64,000 nt of DNA. Source: Eledone cirrhosa. Its lineage: Eukaryota. The stretch's first letter is position 1. The number at the start of each line of letters is the position of its first letter. The notes under the pieces are model-generated. The model was not told where the DNA came from, searched no databases, and was given only the letters and a program-made list of their open reading frames with translations. The stretch covers positions 82,088,001-82,152,000 of the forward strand of contig OZ024745.1 in assembly GCA_964016885.1 (NCBI GenBank). Reading direction: 5' to 3'. Position numbers and translations under genes: made by a program. Shown here piece by piece: positions 11,001-26,800 of the stretch.

Positions 11001-14000
11001 TAACAGAATACCACAAAATTAATAATTCACTCACACCAAATTCATAACATATTCCACAAAATTAATAATCCACTCACACCAAATTGATAAGATATTCCCA
11101 CAAAATTGATAATTCACTCACACCAAATTGATAACATGTTCCCACAGAAAGAATAAGTGACTCACACCAAATTGATAGCATATTCCCACAAAATTAATAA
11201 TTCGCTCACACCAAATTGATAACTTATTCCCATAAAATTAATAATTCACTCACACCAAGTTGATAACATATTCCCACAAAATTTATAATCCACTCACACC
11301 AAATTGATAACAGATATTCCCACAAAATAAATAATCCACTAACACCAAATTGATAACGTATGCCCACAAAATTAATAATCCATTCACATCAAATTGATAA
11401 CATATTACACAAAATTGATAATCCACTCACATAAAATTGATAACATATTCCCACAAAATTGATAATTCGCTCACACCAAATTGATAACATATTCCAGAAA
11501 ATTAAAAATGCACTCACACCAAATTGATAACATATTCCCACAACATTGATAATTCACTCACACCAAATTGATAAAAGATTCCCACAAAATTAATAATCCA
11601 CTCACACCAAATTAATAACGTATTCCCACAAAATTAATAATCCACTCACATCAAATTGCTAACATATTCCCACAAAATTGATAATTCACTCACACCAAAT
11701 CGATAACATATTCCCACAAAATTCATTATCCACTCACACCAAATTGATAACATATTACCACAAAATTAATAATCCACTCACACCAAATTGATAACGTATT
11801 CCTCCAAAATTAATAAATCACTCACACCAAATTGATAACATATTCCCAAAAAAGTAATAATCCATTCACATCAAATTGATAACATATTTCTACAAAATTG
11901 AAAATTCACGTACACCAAATTGATAACATATTCCCACAGAATGAATAATTCACTCACACCAAATTGATAGCTTATTCCCACAAAATTAATAATTCACTCA
12001 CACCAAATTGATAACATATTCTCACAAAAGTGATAATTCACACACACCAAATTGATAACATATTCCCACAAAATTAATAATCCACTCACACCAAATTGAT
12101 AACATATATTCCCCAAAAATTAATAATCCACTCACACCAAATTGATAACATATTCCCACAAAATTGATAATTCACTCACACCACATTGATAACATATTCC
12201 CACAAAATTGATTATTCACTCACACACAATAGATAACATGTTCCCACAAACTTGATAATTCACTCACATCAAATTGATAACATATGCCCACAAAATTAAT
12301 AATTCACTCACACCAAATTGATAACATATTCCCACAAAATTAATAATCCACTCACACCAAATTGATAACGTATTCCTCCAAAATTAATAATCCACTCACA
12401 CCAAATTGATAACGTATTCCCACAAAATTAATAATCCACTCACACCAAATTGATAACATATTCCGCAAAATTGATAATTCACTCACACCAAATTGATAAC
12501 ATATTCCCACAGAATGAATAATTCACTCACACCAAATTGATAGCTTATTCCCACAAAATTAATAATTCACTCACACCAAATTGATAACATATTCTTACAA
12601 AAGTGATAATTCACTCACACCAAATTGATAACATATTCCCACAAAATTAATAATCCACTCACACCAAATTGATAACATATATTCCCCAAAAATTAATAAT
12701 CCACTCACACCAAATTGATAACATATTCCCACAAAATTGATAATTCACTCACACCACATTGATAACTTGTTCCCATAAAATTAATAATTCACTCACACCA
12801 AATTGATAACATATTCCCACAAAATTGATAATTCACTCACACCAAATTGATAACATATTCCCACAAAATTGATTATTCACTCACACACAATAGATAACAT
12901 ATTCCCACAAACTTGATAATTCACTCACACCAAATTGATAACATATGCCCACAAAATTAATAATTCACTCACACCAAATTGATAACATATTCCCACAAAA
13001 TTAATAATCCACTCACACCAAATTGATAACATATTCCCACAAAATAAATAATCCACTCACACCAAATTGATAACATATTCCCACAAAATTAATAATCCAC
13101 TCACATCAAATTGATAACATATTCCCACAAAATTGATAATTCGTTCACACCAAATTGATAACTTGTTCCCATAAAATTAATAATTCACTCACACCAAATT
13201 GATAACATATTCCCACAAAATTGATAATTCACTCACACCAAATTGATAACATATTCCCACAAAATTGATTATTCACTCACACCAAATTGATAACATATTC
13301 CCACAAAATTAATTATCCACTCACACCAAATTGATAACATATTACCACAAAATTAATAATCCACTCACACCAAATTGATAACGTATTCCTCCAAAATTAA
13401 TAATCCACTCACACCAAATTGATAACGTATTCCCACAAAATTAATAATCCACTCACACCAAATTGATAACATATTCCGCAAAATTGATAATTCAATCACA
13501 CCAAATTGATAACATATTCCCATAAAATTAATAATTCACTCACACCAAATTGATAACATATTCAAACAAAATTAATAATTCACTCTCAGCAAATTGATAA
13601 CATATTCCCACAAAATTAATTATCCACTAACACCAAATTGATAACATATTCCCACAAAATTAATAATCCACTCACTCTAAATTGATAACATATTCCCACA
13701 AAATTAATAATTCACTCACACCAAATTGATAACATATTCCCACAAAATTGCTAATTCACTCACACCAAATTGATAACAGATTCCCAGAAAATTAATAGTC
13801 CACTCACATCAAATTGATAACAAATTCCCACAAAATTGATAATTCACTCACACCAAATTGATAACATATTCCCACAAAATTAATAATCCACTCACACCAA
13901 ATTGATAACATATATTCCCAAAGAATTAATAATCCACTCACACCAAATTGATAACGTATTCCCATAAAATTAATAATCGACTCACACGAAATTGATAACA

Positions 14001-17000
14001 TATTCCACAAAATTGATAATCCACTCACATCAAATTGATAACATATTCCCAAAAAATTGATAATTCGCTCACACCAAATTGATAACATATTCCAGAAATT
14101 TAAAAATGCACTCACACTAAATTGATAACATATTCCCACAAACTTGAAAATTCACTCACACTAAATTGATAACGTATTCCCACAAAATTAATAATCCACT
14201 CACACCAAATTAATAACGTATTCCCACAAAATTAATAATCCACTCACACCGAATTGCTAACATATTCCCACAAAATTGATAATTCACTCACACCAAATTG
14301 ATAACATATTCCCACAAAATTCATTATCCACTCACACCAAATTGATAAAATATTCCCACAAAATTAATAATCCATTCACATCAAATTGATAACATATTTC
14401 TACAAAATTGATAATTCACTCACACCAAATTCATAACATATTCCACAAAATTACTAATCCACTCACACCTAATTGATAACGTATTCCTCCAAAATTAATA
14501 ATCCACTCACACCAAATTGATAACGTATTCCCACAAAATTCATAATCCACTCACACCAAATTGATAACATATTCCGCAAAATTGATAATTCACTCACACC
14601 AAATTGATAACATATTCCCATAAAATTAATAATTCATTCACACCAAATTGATAACATATTCACACAAAATTAATAATTCACTCTCAGCAAATTGATAACA
14701 TATTCCCACAAAATTAATTATCCACTAACACCAAATTGATAACATATTCCCACCAAATTAATAATCCACTCACTCTAAATTGATAACATATTCCCGCAAA
14801 ATTAATAATTCACTCACACCAAATTGATAACATTTTCCCAGGAAATTAATAATCCACTCACATAAAATTGATAACGTATTCCCACAAAATTAATAATCCA
14901 CTCACACCAAATTGCTAACATATTCCCACAAAATTGATAATTCACTCACACCAAATTGATAACATATTCTCATAAAATTGATTATTCACTCACACACAAT
15001 TGATAACATATTTCCACAAAATTAATAATTCGCTCACACCAAATTGATAACCTATTCCCACAAAATAAATAATCCACTCACACCAAATTGATAACATGTT
15101 CCCACAAAATTGATAATTCACTCACACCAAATTGATAACATATTCCCACAAAATTGCTAATTCACTCACACCAAATTGATAACAGATTCCCAGAAAATTT
15201 ATAATCGACTCACACCAAATTGATAACATATTTCCACAAAATTAATAATCCACTCACACCAAATTGATAACGTATTCCCACAAAATTAATAATCCACTCA
15301 CACCGAATTGCTAACATATTCCCACAAATTTGAAATTCACTCACACCAAATTGATAACATATTCCCACAAAATTAATAATCCACTCACACCAAATTGATA
15401 ACATATTCCCACAAAATTAATAATCCACTCACACCAAATTGATAACATATTCCCACAAAATTGATAATTCGCTCACACCAAATCGATAACATATTCCAGA
15501 AAATTATAAATCCACTCACACCAAATTGATAACGTAATCCCACAAAATTGATAATTCACTCACACCAAATTGATAACATATTCCCTACAAATTTGATAAT
15601 TCACTCACACCAAATTGATAACAGATTCCCAAAAAATTTATAATCGACTCACACCAAATCTATAACATATTTCCACAAAATTATAAATCCACTCACACCT
15701 AATTGATAACATATTTCCACAAAATTGATAATTCACTCACACAAATTAATAACATATTCCCACAAAATTCATTATTCACTCACACGCAATTGATAACATA
15801 GTCCCACAAACTTGATAATACAGTCACATCAAATTGATAACATATGCCCACAAAATTGATTATTCACTCACACCAAATTGATAACATATTCCCACAAAAT
15901 TAATTATACTCTCACACCAAATTGATAACATATTTCCACAAATTTGATAAATCACTCACACCAAATTGATAACATATTCCCACAAAATTAATAATTCACT
16001 CACACTAAATTGATAACATATTCCCACAAAATTGATAATTCACTCACACCAAATTGATAACATATTCCCACAAAATTGATTATTCACTCACACCAAATTG
16101 ATAACATATTCCCACAAAATTAATTATACACTCACACCAAATTGATAACATATTACCACAAAATTAATAATCCACTCACACCAAATTGATAACGTATTCC
16201 TCCAAAATTAATAATCCACTCCCACCAAATTGATAACATATATTCCCAAAGAATTAATAATCCACTCACACCAAATTGATAACGTATTCCTCCAAAATTA
16301 ATAATCCACTCACACCAAATTGATAACGTATTCCCACAAAATTAATAATCCACTCACACCAAATTGATAACATGTTCCGCAAAATTGATAATTCACTCAC
16401 ACCAAATTGATAACATATTCCCACAAAATTAATAATCCACTCACACCAAATTGATAACATATATTCCAACAAAATTAATAATCCACTAACACAACATTGA
16501 TAACGTATTCCCACAAAATTAATAATCCACTCACATCAACTTGATAATATATTCCCACAAAATTGATAATTCACTCACACCAAATTGATAACATATTACC
16601 ACAAAATTAATAATCCACTCACACCAAATTGATAACGTATTCCTCCAAAATTAATAATCCACTCACACCAAATTGATAACGTATTCCCACAAAATTCATA
16701 ATCCACTCACACCAAATTGATAACATATTCCGCAAAATTGATAATTCACTCACACCAAATTGATAACATATTCCCTACAAATTTGATAATTCACTCACAC
16801 CAAATTGATAATAGATTCCCAGAAAATTTATAATCGACTCACACCAAATCTATAACATATTTCCACAAAATTATAAATCCACTCACACATAATTGATAAC
16901 ATATTCCCACAAAATTGATAATTCACTCACACAAATTAATAACATATTCCCACAAAATTCATTATTCACTCACACGCAATTGATAACATAGTCCCACAAA

Positions 17001-20000
17001 CTTGATAATACAGTCACATCAAATTGATAACATATGCCCACAAAATTGATTATTCACTCACACCAAATTGATAACATATTCCCACAAAATTAATTATACT
17101 CTCACACCAAATTGATAACATATTTCCACAAAATTGATAAATCACTCACACCAAATTGATAACATATTCCCACAAAATTAATAATTCACTCACACCAAAT
17201 TGATAACATATTCCCACAAAATTGATAATTCACTCACACCAAATTGATAACATATTCCCACAAAATTGATTATTCACTCACACCAAATTGATAACATATT
17301 CCCACAAAATAAATTATACACTCACACCAAATTGATAACATATTACCACAAAATTAATAATCCACTCACACCAAATTGATAACGTATTCCTCCAAAATTA
17401 ATAATCCACTCCCAGCAAATTGATAACATATATTCCCAAAGAATTAATAATCCACTCACACCAAATTGATAACGTATTCCTCCAAAATTAATAATCCACT
17501 CACACCAAATTGATAACGTATTCCCACAAAATTAATAATCCACTCACACCAAATTGATAACATATTCCGCAAAATTGATAATTCACTCACACCAAATTGA
17601 TAACATATTCCCAAAAAATTGATAATTCGCTCACACCAATTTGATAACATATTCCAGAAAATTAAAAATGCACTCACACCAAATTGATAACATATTCCCA
17701 CAAACTTGATAATTCACTCACACTAAATTGATAAAAGATTCCCAGAAAATTAATAATCGACTCACATCAAATTGATAACGTATTCCCACAAAATTAATAA
17801 TCCACTCACACCAAATTAATAACGTATTCCGACATAATTAATAATCCACTCACACCGAATTGCTAACATATTCCCACAAAATTGATAATTCACTCACACC
17901 AAATTGATAAAATATTCCCACAAAATTCATTATCCACTCACACCAAATTGATAAAATATTCCCAAAAATTTTATAATCCATTCACATCAAATTGATAACA
18001 TATTTCTACAAAATTGATAATTCACTCACACCAAATTCATAACATATTCCACAAAATTACTAATCCACTCACACCAAATTGATAACATATTCTAAACAAA
18101 AGTGATAATTCACACACACCAAATTGATAACATATTCCCACAAAATTAATAATCCACTCACACCAAATTGATAACGTATTCCCACAAAATTAATAATCCA
18201 CTCACATCAAATTGATAACATATTCCCACAAAATTAATAATTCGTTCACACCAAATTGATAACTTGTTCCCATAAAATTAATAGTTCACTCACACCAAAT
18301 TGATAACATATTCCGCAAAATTGATAATTCACTCACACCAAATTGATAACATATTCCCATAAAATTAATAATTCACTCACACCAAATTGATAACATATTC
18401 ACACAAAATTAATAATTCACTCTCAGCAAATTGATAACATATTCCCACATAATTAATTATCCACTAACACCAAATTGATAACATATTCCCACCAAATTAA
18501 TAATCCACTCACTCTAAATTGATAACATATTCCCGCAAAATTAATAATTCACTCACACCAAATTGATAACATTTTCCCAGGAAATTAATAATCCACTCAC
18601 ATCAAATTGATAACGTATTCCCACAAAATTAATAATCCACTCACACCAAATTGCTAACATATTCCCACAAAAGTGATAATTCACTCACACCAAATTGATA
18701 ACATATTCTCATAAAATTGATTATTCACTCACACACAATTGATAACATATTCCCACAAAATTAATAATTCGCTCACACCAAATTGATAACCTATTCCCAC
18801 AAAATTAATAATCCACTCACACCAAATTGATAACATATAATCCCCAAAAATTAATAATCCACTCACACCAAATTGATAACGTATTCCCACAAAATTAATA
18901 ATCCACTCACATCAAATTGATAACATATTCCCACAAAATTAATAATTCGTTCACACCAAATTGATAACTTGTTCCCATAAAATTAATAGTTCACTCACAC
19001 CAAATTGATAACACATTCCCACAAAATTGATTATTCACTCACACCAAATTGATAACATATTCCCACAAAATTAATTATCTACTCACACCAAATTGATAAC
19101 ATATTACCACAAAATTAATAATCCACTCACACCAAATTGATAACGTATTCCTCCAAAATTCATAATCCACTCACACCAAATTGATAACGTATTCCCACAA
19201 AATTCATAATCCACTCACACCAAATTGATAACATATTCCGCAAAATTGATAATTCACTCACACCAAATTGATAACATATTCCCATAAAATTAATAATTCA
19301 CTCACACCAAATTGATAACATATTCACACAAAATTAATAATTCACTCTCAGCAAATTGATAACATATTCCCACCAAATTAATAATCCACTCACTCTAAAT
19401 TGATAACATATTCCCGCAAAATTAATAATTCACTCTCACCAAATTGATAACATTTTCACAGGAATTTAATAATCCACTCACATCAAATTGATAACGTATT
19501 CCCACAAAATTAATAATCCACTCACACCAAATTGCTAACATATTCCCACAAAATTGATAATTCACTCACACCAAATTGATAACATATTCTCATAAAATTG
19601 ATTATTCACTCACACACAATTGATAACATATTCCCACAAAATTAATAATTCGCTCACACCAAATTGATAACCTATTCCCACAAAATTAATAATCCACTCA
19701 CACCAAATTGATAACATGTTCCCACAAAATTGATAATTCACTCACACCAAATTGATAACATATTCCCACAAAATTGCTAATTCACTCACACCAAATTGAT
19801 AACAGATTCCCAGAAAATTTATAATCGACTCACACCAAATTGATAACATATTTCCACAAAATTAATAATCCACTCACACCAAATTGATAACGTATTCCCA
19901 CAAAATTAATAATCCACTCACACCGAATTGCTAACATATTCCCACAAATTTGAAATTCACTCACACCAAATTGATAACATATTCCCACAAAATTAATAAT

Positions 20001-23000
20001 CCACTCACACCAAATTGATAACATATTCCCACAAAATTAATAATCCACTCACACCAAATTGATAACATATTCCCACAAAATTGATAATTCGCTCACACCA
20101 AATCGATAACATATTCCAGAAAATTATAAATCCACTCACACCAAATTGATAACGTAATCCCACAAAATTGATAATTCACTCACACCAAATTGATAACATA
20201 TTCCCTACAAATTTGATAATTCACTCACACCAAATTGATAACAGTTTCCCAAAAAATTTATAATCGACTCACACCAAATCTATAACATATTTCCACAAAA
20301 TCATAAATCCACTCACACCTAATTGATAACATATTCCCACAAAATTGATAATTCACTCACAGAAATTAATAACATATTCCCACAAAATTCATTATTCACT
20401 CACACGCAATTGATAACATAGTGCCACAAACTTGATAATACAGTCACATCAAATTGATAACATATGCCCACAAAATTGATTATTCACTCACACCAAATTG
20501 ATAACATATTCCCACGAAATTAATTATACTCTCACACCAAATTGATAACATATTTCCACAAAATTGATAAATCACTCACACCAAATTGATAACATATTCC
20601 CACAAAATTAATAATTCACTCACACCAAATTGATAACATATTCCCACAAAATTGATAATTCACTCACACCAAATTGATAACATATTCCCACAAAATTGAT
20701 TATTCACTCACACCAAATTGATAACATATTCCCACAAAATTAATTATACACTCACACCAAATTGATAACATATTACCACAAACTTAATAATCCACTCACA
20801 CCAAATTGATAACGTATTCCTCCAAAATTAATAATCCACTCCCACCAAATTGATAACATATATTCCCAAAGAATTAATAATCCACTCACACCAAATTGAT
20901 AACGTATTCCTCCAAAATTAATAATCCACTCACACCAAATTGATAACGTATTCCCACAAAATTAATAATCCACTCACACCAAATTGATAACATATTCCGC
21001 AAAATTGATAATTCACTCACACCAAATTGATAACATATTCCCACAAAATTAATAATCCACTCACACCAAATTGATAACATATATTCCAACAAAATTAATA
21101 ATCCACTTACACAACATTGATAACGTATTCCCACAAAATTAATAATCCACTCACATCAACTTGATAATATATTCCCACAAAATTGATAATTCACTCACAC
21201 CAAATTGATAACTTATTCCCATAAAATTAATATTTCACTCCCACTAAATTGATAACATATTCCCACAAAATTAATAATCCACTCACACCAAATGATAACT
21301 TATCCAGAAAATTAATAATCGACTCACACGAAATTGACAACATATTCCCACAAAATTGATAATTCAATCACACCATATTGATAACCTATTCCCACAAAAT
21401 TACTAATCCACTCACACCAAATTGATAACATATTCCCACAAAATTAATAATCCACTCACACCAAATTGATAACATATTCCCACAAAATTAATAATCCACT
21501 CACATCAAGTTGATAACGTATTCCCACAAAATTGATAATTCGCTCACACCAAATTGATAACATATTCCCACAAAATTGATAATTCGCTCACACCAAATTG
21601 ATAACATATTCCCACAAAATTGATAATTCACTAACACCAAATTATTAACAGATTCCCAGAAAATTTATAATCAACTCACACCAAATGATAACATATTTCC
21701 ACAAAATTAATAATCCACTCACACCAAATTGATAACATATTACCACAAAATTAATAATCCACTCACACCAAATTGATAACGTATTCCTCCAATATTAATA
21801 ATCCACTCACACTAAATTGATAGCATATTCCCACAAAATTAATAATTCACTCACACCCAATTGATAACATATTCTCACAAAAGTGATAATTCACTCACAC
21901 CAAATTGATAACATATTCCCACAAAATTAATAATCCACTCACACCAAATTGATAACATATATTCCCAAAAAATTAATAATCCACTCACACCAAATTGATA
22001 ACGTATTCCCACAAAATTAATAATCCACTCACATCAAATTGATAACAATTTCCCACAAAATTGATAATTCACTCACACTAAATTGATAACGTATTCCCAC
22101 AAAATTGATTATTCACTCACACCAAATTGATAACATATATTCCCAAAAAATTAATAGTCCACTCACACCAAATTGATAACATATTCCCACAAAATTGATA
22201 CTTCACTCACACCAAATTGATAACTTGTTCCCATAAAATTAATAATTCACTCACACCAAATAGATAACATATTCCCACAAAATTGATAATTCACTCACAC
22301 CAAATTGATAACATATTCCCACAAAATTGATTATTCACTCACACACAATAGATAACATATTCCCACAAACTTGATAATTCACTCACACCAAATTGATAAC
22401 ATATGCCCACAAAATTAATAATTCACTCACACCAAATTGATAACATATTCCCACAAAATTAATAATCCACTCGCACCAAATTGATAACGTATTCCTCCAA
22501 AATTAATAATCCACTCACACCAAATTGATAACGTATTCCCACAAAATTAATAATCCACTCACATCAAATTGATAACAAATTCCCACAATATTGATAATTC
22601 ACTCACACCAAATTGATAACATATTCACACAAAATTAATAATTCACTCTCTAGCAAACTGATAACATATTCCCACAAAATTAATTATCCACTAACACCAA
22701 ATTGATAACATATTCCCACAAAATGAATAATCCACTCACACCAAATTGATAACATATTCCCACAAAATTAATAATCCACTCACACCAAATTCATAACATA
22801 TTCCCACAAAATGGATAATTCGCTCACACGAAATTGATAACATATTCCAGAAAATTATAAATCTACTCACAAAAAATTGATAACGTATTCCCACAAAATT
22901 GATAATTCACTCACACCAAATTGATAACATATTCCCACAAAATTGAGAATTCACTCACACCAAATTGATAACATATTCCAGAAAATTAAAAATCCACTCA

Positions 23001-26000
23001 GAGCAAATTGATAACATATTCCCACAAAATTGATAATTCACTCACACCAAATTGATATCTTGTTCCCACAAAATTAATTATCCACTAACACCAAATTGAT
23101 AACATATTCCCACAAAATGAATAATCCACTCACACCAAATTGATAACAAAATACCACAAAATTAATAATTCACTCACACCAAATTCATAACATATTCCAC
23201 AAAATTAATAATCCACTCACACCAAATTGATAAGATATTCCCACAAAATTGATAATTCACTCACACCAAATTGATAACATATTCCCACAGAAAGAATAAG
23301 TGACTCACACCAAATTGATAGCATATTCTCACAAAATTAATAATTCGCTCACACCAAATTGATAACTTTTTCCCATAAAATTAATAATTCACTCACACCA
23401 AATTGACATCATATTCCCACAAAATTTATAATCCACTCACACCAAATTGATAACATATATTCCCACAAAATTAATAATCCACTAACACCAAATTGATAAC
23501 GTATTCCCACAAAATTAATAATCCACTCACATCAAATTGATAACATATTACACCAAATTGATAATCCACTCACATAAAATTGATAACATATTCCCACAAA
23601 ATTGATAATTGGCTAACACCAAATTGATAACATATTACAGAAAATTAAAAATGCACTCACACCAAATTGATAACATATTCCCACAAGATTGATAATTCAC
23701 TCACACCAAACAGAAAAAACATTCCCACAAAATAAATAATCCACTCACACCAAATTAATAACGTATTCCCACAAAATTAATAATCCACTCACACCGAATT
23801 GCTAACATATTCCCACAAAATTGATAATTCACTCACACCAAATCGATAACATATTCCCACAAAATTCATTATCCACTCACACCAAATTGATAACATATTA
23901 CCACAAAATTAATAATCCACTCACACCAAATTGATAACGTATTCCTCCAATATTAATAATCCACTCACACTAAATTGATAGCATATTCCCACAAAATTAA
24001 TAATTCACTCACACCAAATTGATAACATATATTCCCAAAAAATTAATAATCCACTCACACCTAATTGATAACATATTCCCACAAAATTGATACTTCACTC
24101 ACACCAAATTGATAACTTGTTCCCATAAAATTAATAATTCACTCACACCAAATTGATAACATATTCCCACAAAATTGATAATTCACTCACACCAAATTGA
24201 TAACATATTCCCACAAAATTGATTATTCACTCACACACAATAGATAACATATTCCCACAAACTTGATAATTCACTCACACCAAATTGATAACATATGCCC
24301 ACATAATTAATAATTCACTCACACCAAATTGATAACATATTCCCACAAAATTAATAATCCACTCACACCAAGTTGATAACGTATTCCTCCAAAATTAATA
24401 ATCCACTCACACCAAATTGATAACGTATTCCCACAAAATTAATAATCCACTCACACCAAATTGATAACATATTCCGCAAAATTGATAATTCACTCACACC
24501 AAATTGATAACATATTCCCACAAAATTAATAATCCACTCACACCAAATTGATAACATATATTCCCACAAAATTAATAATCCACTCACACCAAATGGATAA
24601 CGTATTCCCACAAAATTAATAATCCACTCACATCAAATTGATAACATATTCCCACAAAATTGATAATTCGTTCACACAAAATTGATAACTTGTTCCCATA
24701 AAATTAATAATTCACTCACACCAAATTGATAACATATTCCCACAAAATTAATAATTCATTCACACGAAATTGATAACATATTCCCAGAAAATTAATTATC
24801 CACTCACACCAAATTGATAACATATTACCACAAAATTAATAATCCACTCACACCAAATTGATAACATATTCCTCCAAAATTAATAATCCACTCACACCAA
24901 ATTGATAACAGATTCCCACAAAATTTGATAATCCATTCACATCAAATTGATAACATATTCCTACAAAATTGATAATTCACTCACACCATATTGATAACAT
25001 ATATTCCCAAAGAATTAATAATCCACTCAAACTAAATTGATAACGTATTCCCACAAAATTAATAATCCACTCACATCAAATTGATAATAAATTCCCATAA
25101 AATTAATAATTCACTCACACCAAATTGATAACATATTCACACAAAATTAATAATTCACTCTCAGCAAATTGATAACATATTCCCACAAAATTAATTATCC
25201 ACTAACACCAAATTGATAACATATTCCCACAAAATTAATAATCCACTCACACTTAATTGATAACATATTCCCACAAAATTAATAATTCACTCACACCAAA
25301 TTGATAACTTATTCCCATAAAATTAATAATTCACTCACGCCAAATTGATAACATATTCCCACAAAAGTGATAATTCACTCAAACCGAATTGTTAACATAT
25401 TCCCACAAAATTAATAATCCACTCACACCAAATTGATAACATATTCCCACAAAATTGATAAATCACTCACACCAAATTGATAACATATTCCACAAAATTA
25501 ATAATTCACTCACACCAAATTGATAACATATTCCCACAAAATTAATAATCCACTCACACCAAATTGATAACGTATTCCTCCAAAATTAATAATTCACTCA
25601 CACCAAATTGATAATGTATTCCCACAAAATTAATAATCCACTCACACCAAATTGATAACATATTCCGCAAAATTGATAATTCACTCACACCAAATTGATA
25701 ACATATTCCCACAAAATTAATAATCCACTCACACCAAATTGATAACATATATTCCCACAAAATTAATAATCCACTCACACAAAATTAATAACGTATTCCC
25801 ACAAAATTAATAATCCACTCACATCAACTTGATAACATATTCCCACAAAATTGATAATTCACTCACACCAAATGATAACATATCCAGAAAATTAATAATC
25901 GACTCACACGAAATTGATAACATATTCCCACAAAATTGATAATTCAATCACACCAAATTGATAACCTATTCCCACAAAATTACTATTCCACTCACACCAA

Positions 26001-26800
26001 ATTGATAACATATTTCCACAAAATTAATAATCCACTCACATCAAGTTGATAACGTATTCCCACAAAATTGATAATTCGCTCACACCAAATTGATAACATA
26101 TTCCCACAAAATTGATAATTAGCTCACACCAAATTGATAACATATTCCCACAAAATTGATAATTCACTAACACCAAATTGATAACAGATTCCCAGAAAAT
26201 TTATAATCAACTCACACCAGATGATAACATATTTCCACAAAATTAATAATCCACTCACACCAAATTGATAACATATTCCCACAAAATTGATAATTCACTC
26301 ACACTAAATTGATAACATATATTCCTAAAGAATTAATAATCCACTCAGACCAAATTGATAACGTATTCCCACAAAATTAATAATCCACTCACATCAAATT
26401 GATAACAAATTCCCACAATATTGATAATTCAATCACACCAAATTGATAACATATTCCCATAAAATTAATAATTCACTCACACCAAATTGATAACATATTC
26501 ACACAAAATTAATAATTCACTCTCTAGCAAATTGATAACATATTCCCACAAAATTAATTATCCACTAACACCAAATTGATTACATATTCCCACAAAATTA
26601 ATAATCCACTCACATCAAACTGATTACATATTCCCACAAAATTAATAATCCACTCACACCCAATTGATAACTTATTCCCAGAAAATTAATAATCCACTCA
26701 CACCAAATTGATAACATATTCCCACAAAATCGATAATTCACTCACACCAAATTGATAACTTATTCCCATAAAATTAATAATTCACTCACACCAAATTGAT
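8024..26800. repeat. Satellite domain I: divergent, indel-containing monomers with patchwork block duplications
   Basis: Frequent 43- and 46-bp monomers (attccacaaaa, catatattccc). Variants cgtattcctccaaaa, ttccgcaaaa, aacttgttccc and cagaaagaataagtgactc were seen only in this domain. Confidence 0.8.

Noticed and set aside
13804-25778. Minus-strand ORFs encoding repeated MLSIWCEWIINFVGICYQFGVS peptides
   Set aside because: They are translations of the 44-bp satellite cycling through frames. They open only where chance indels or substitutions remove the periodic stops, and none reaches the length threshold in the homogeneous core.
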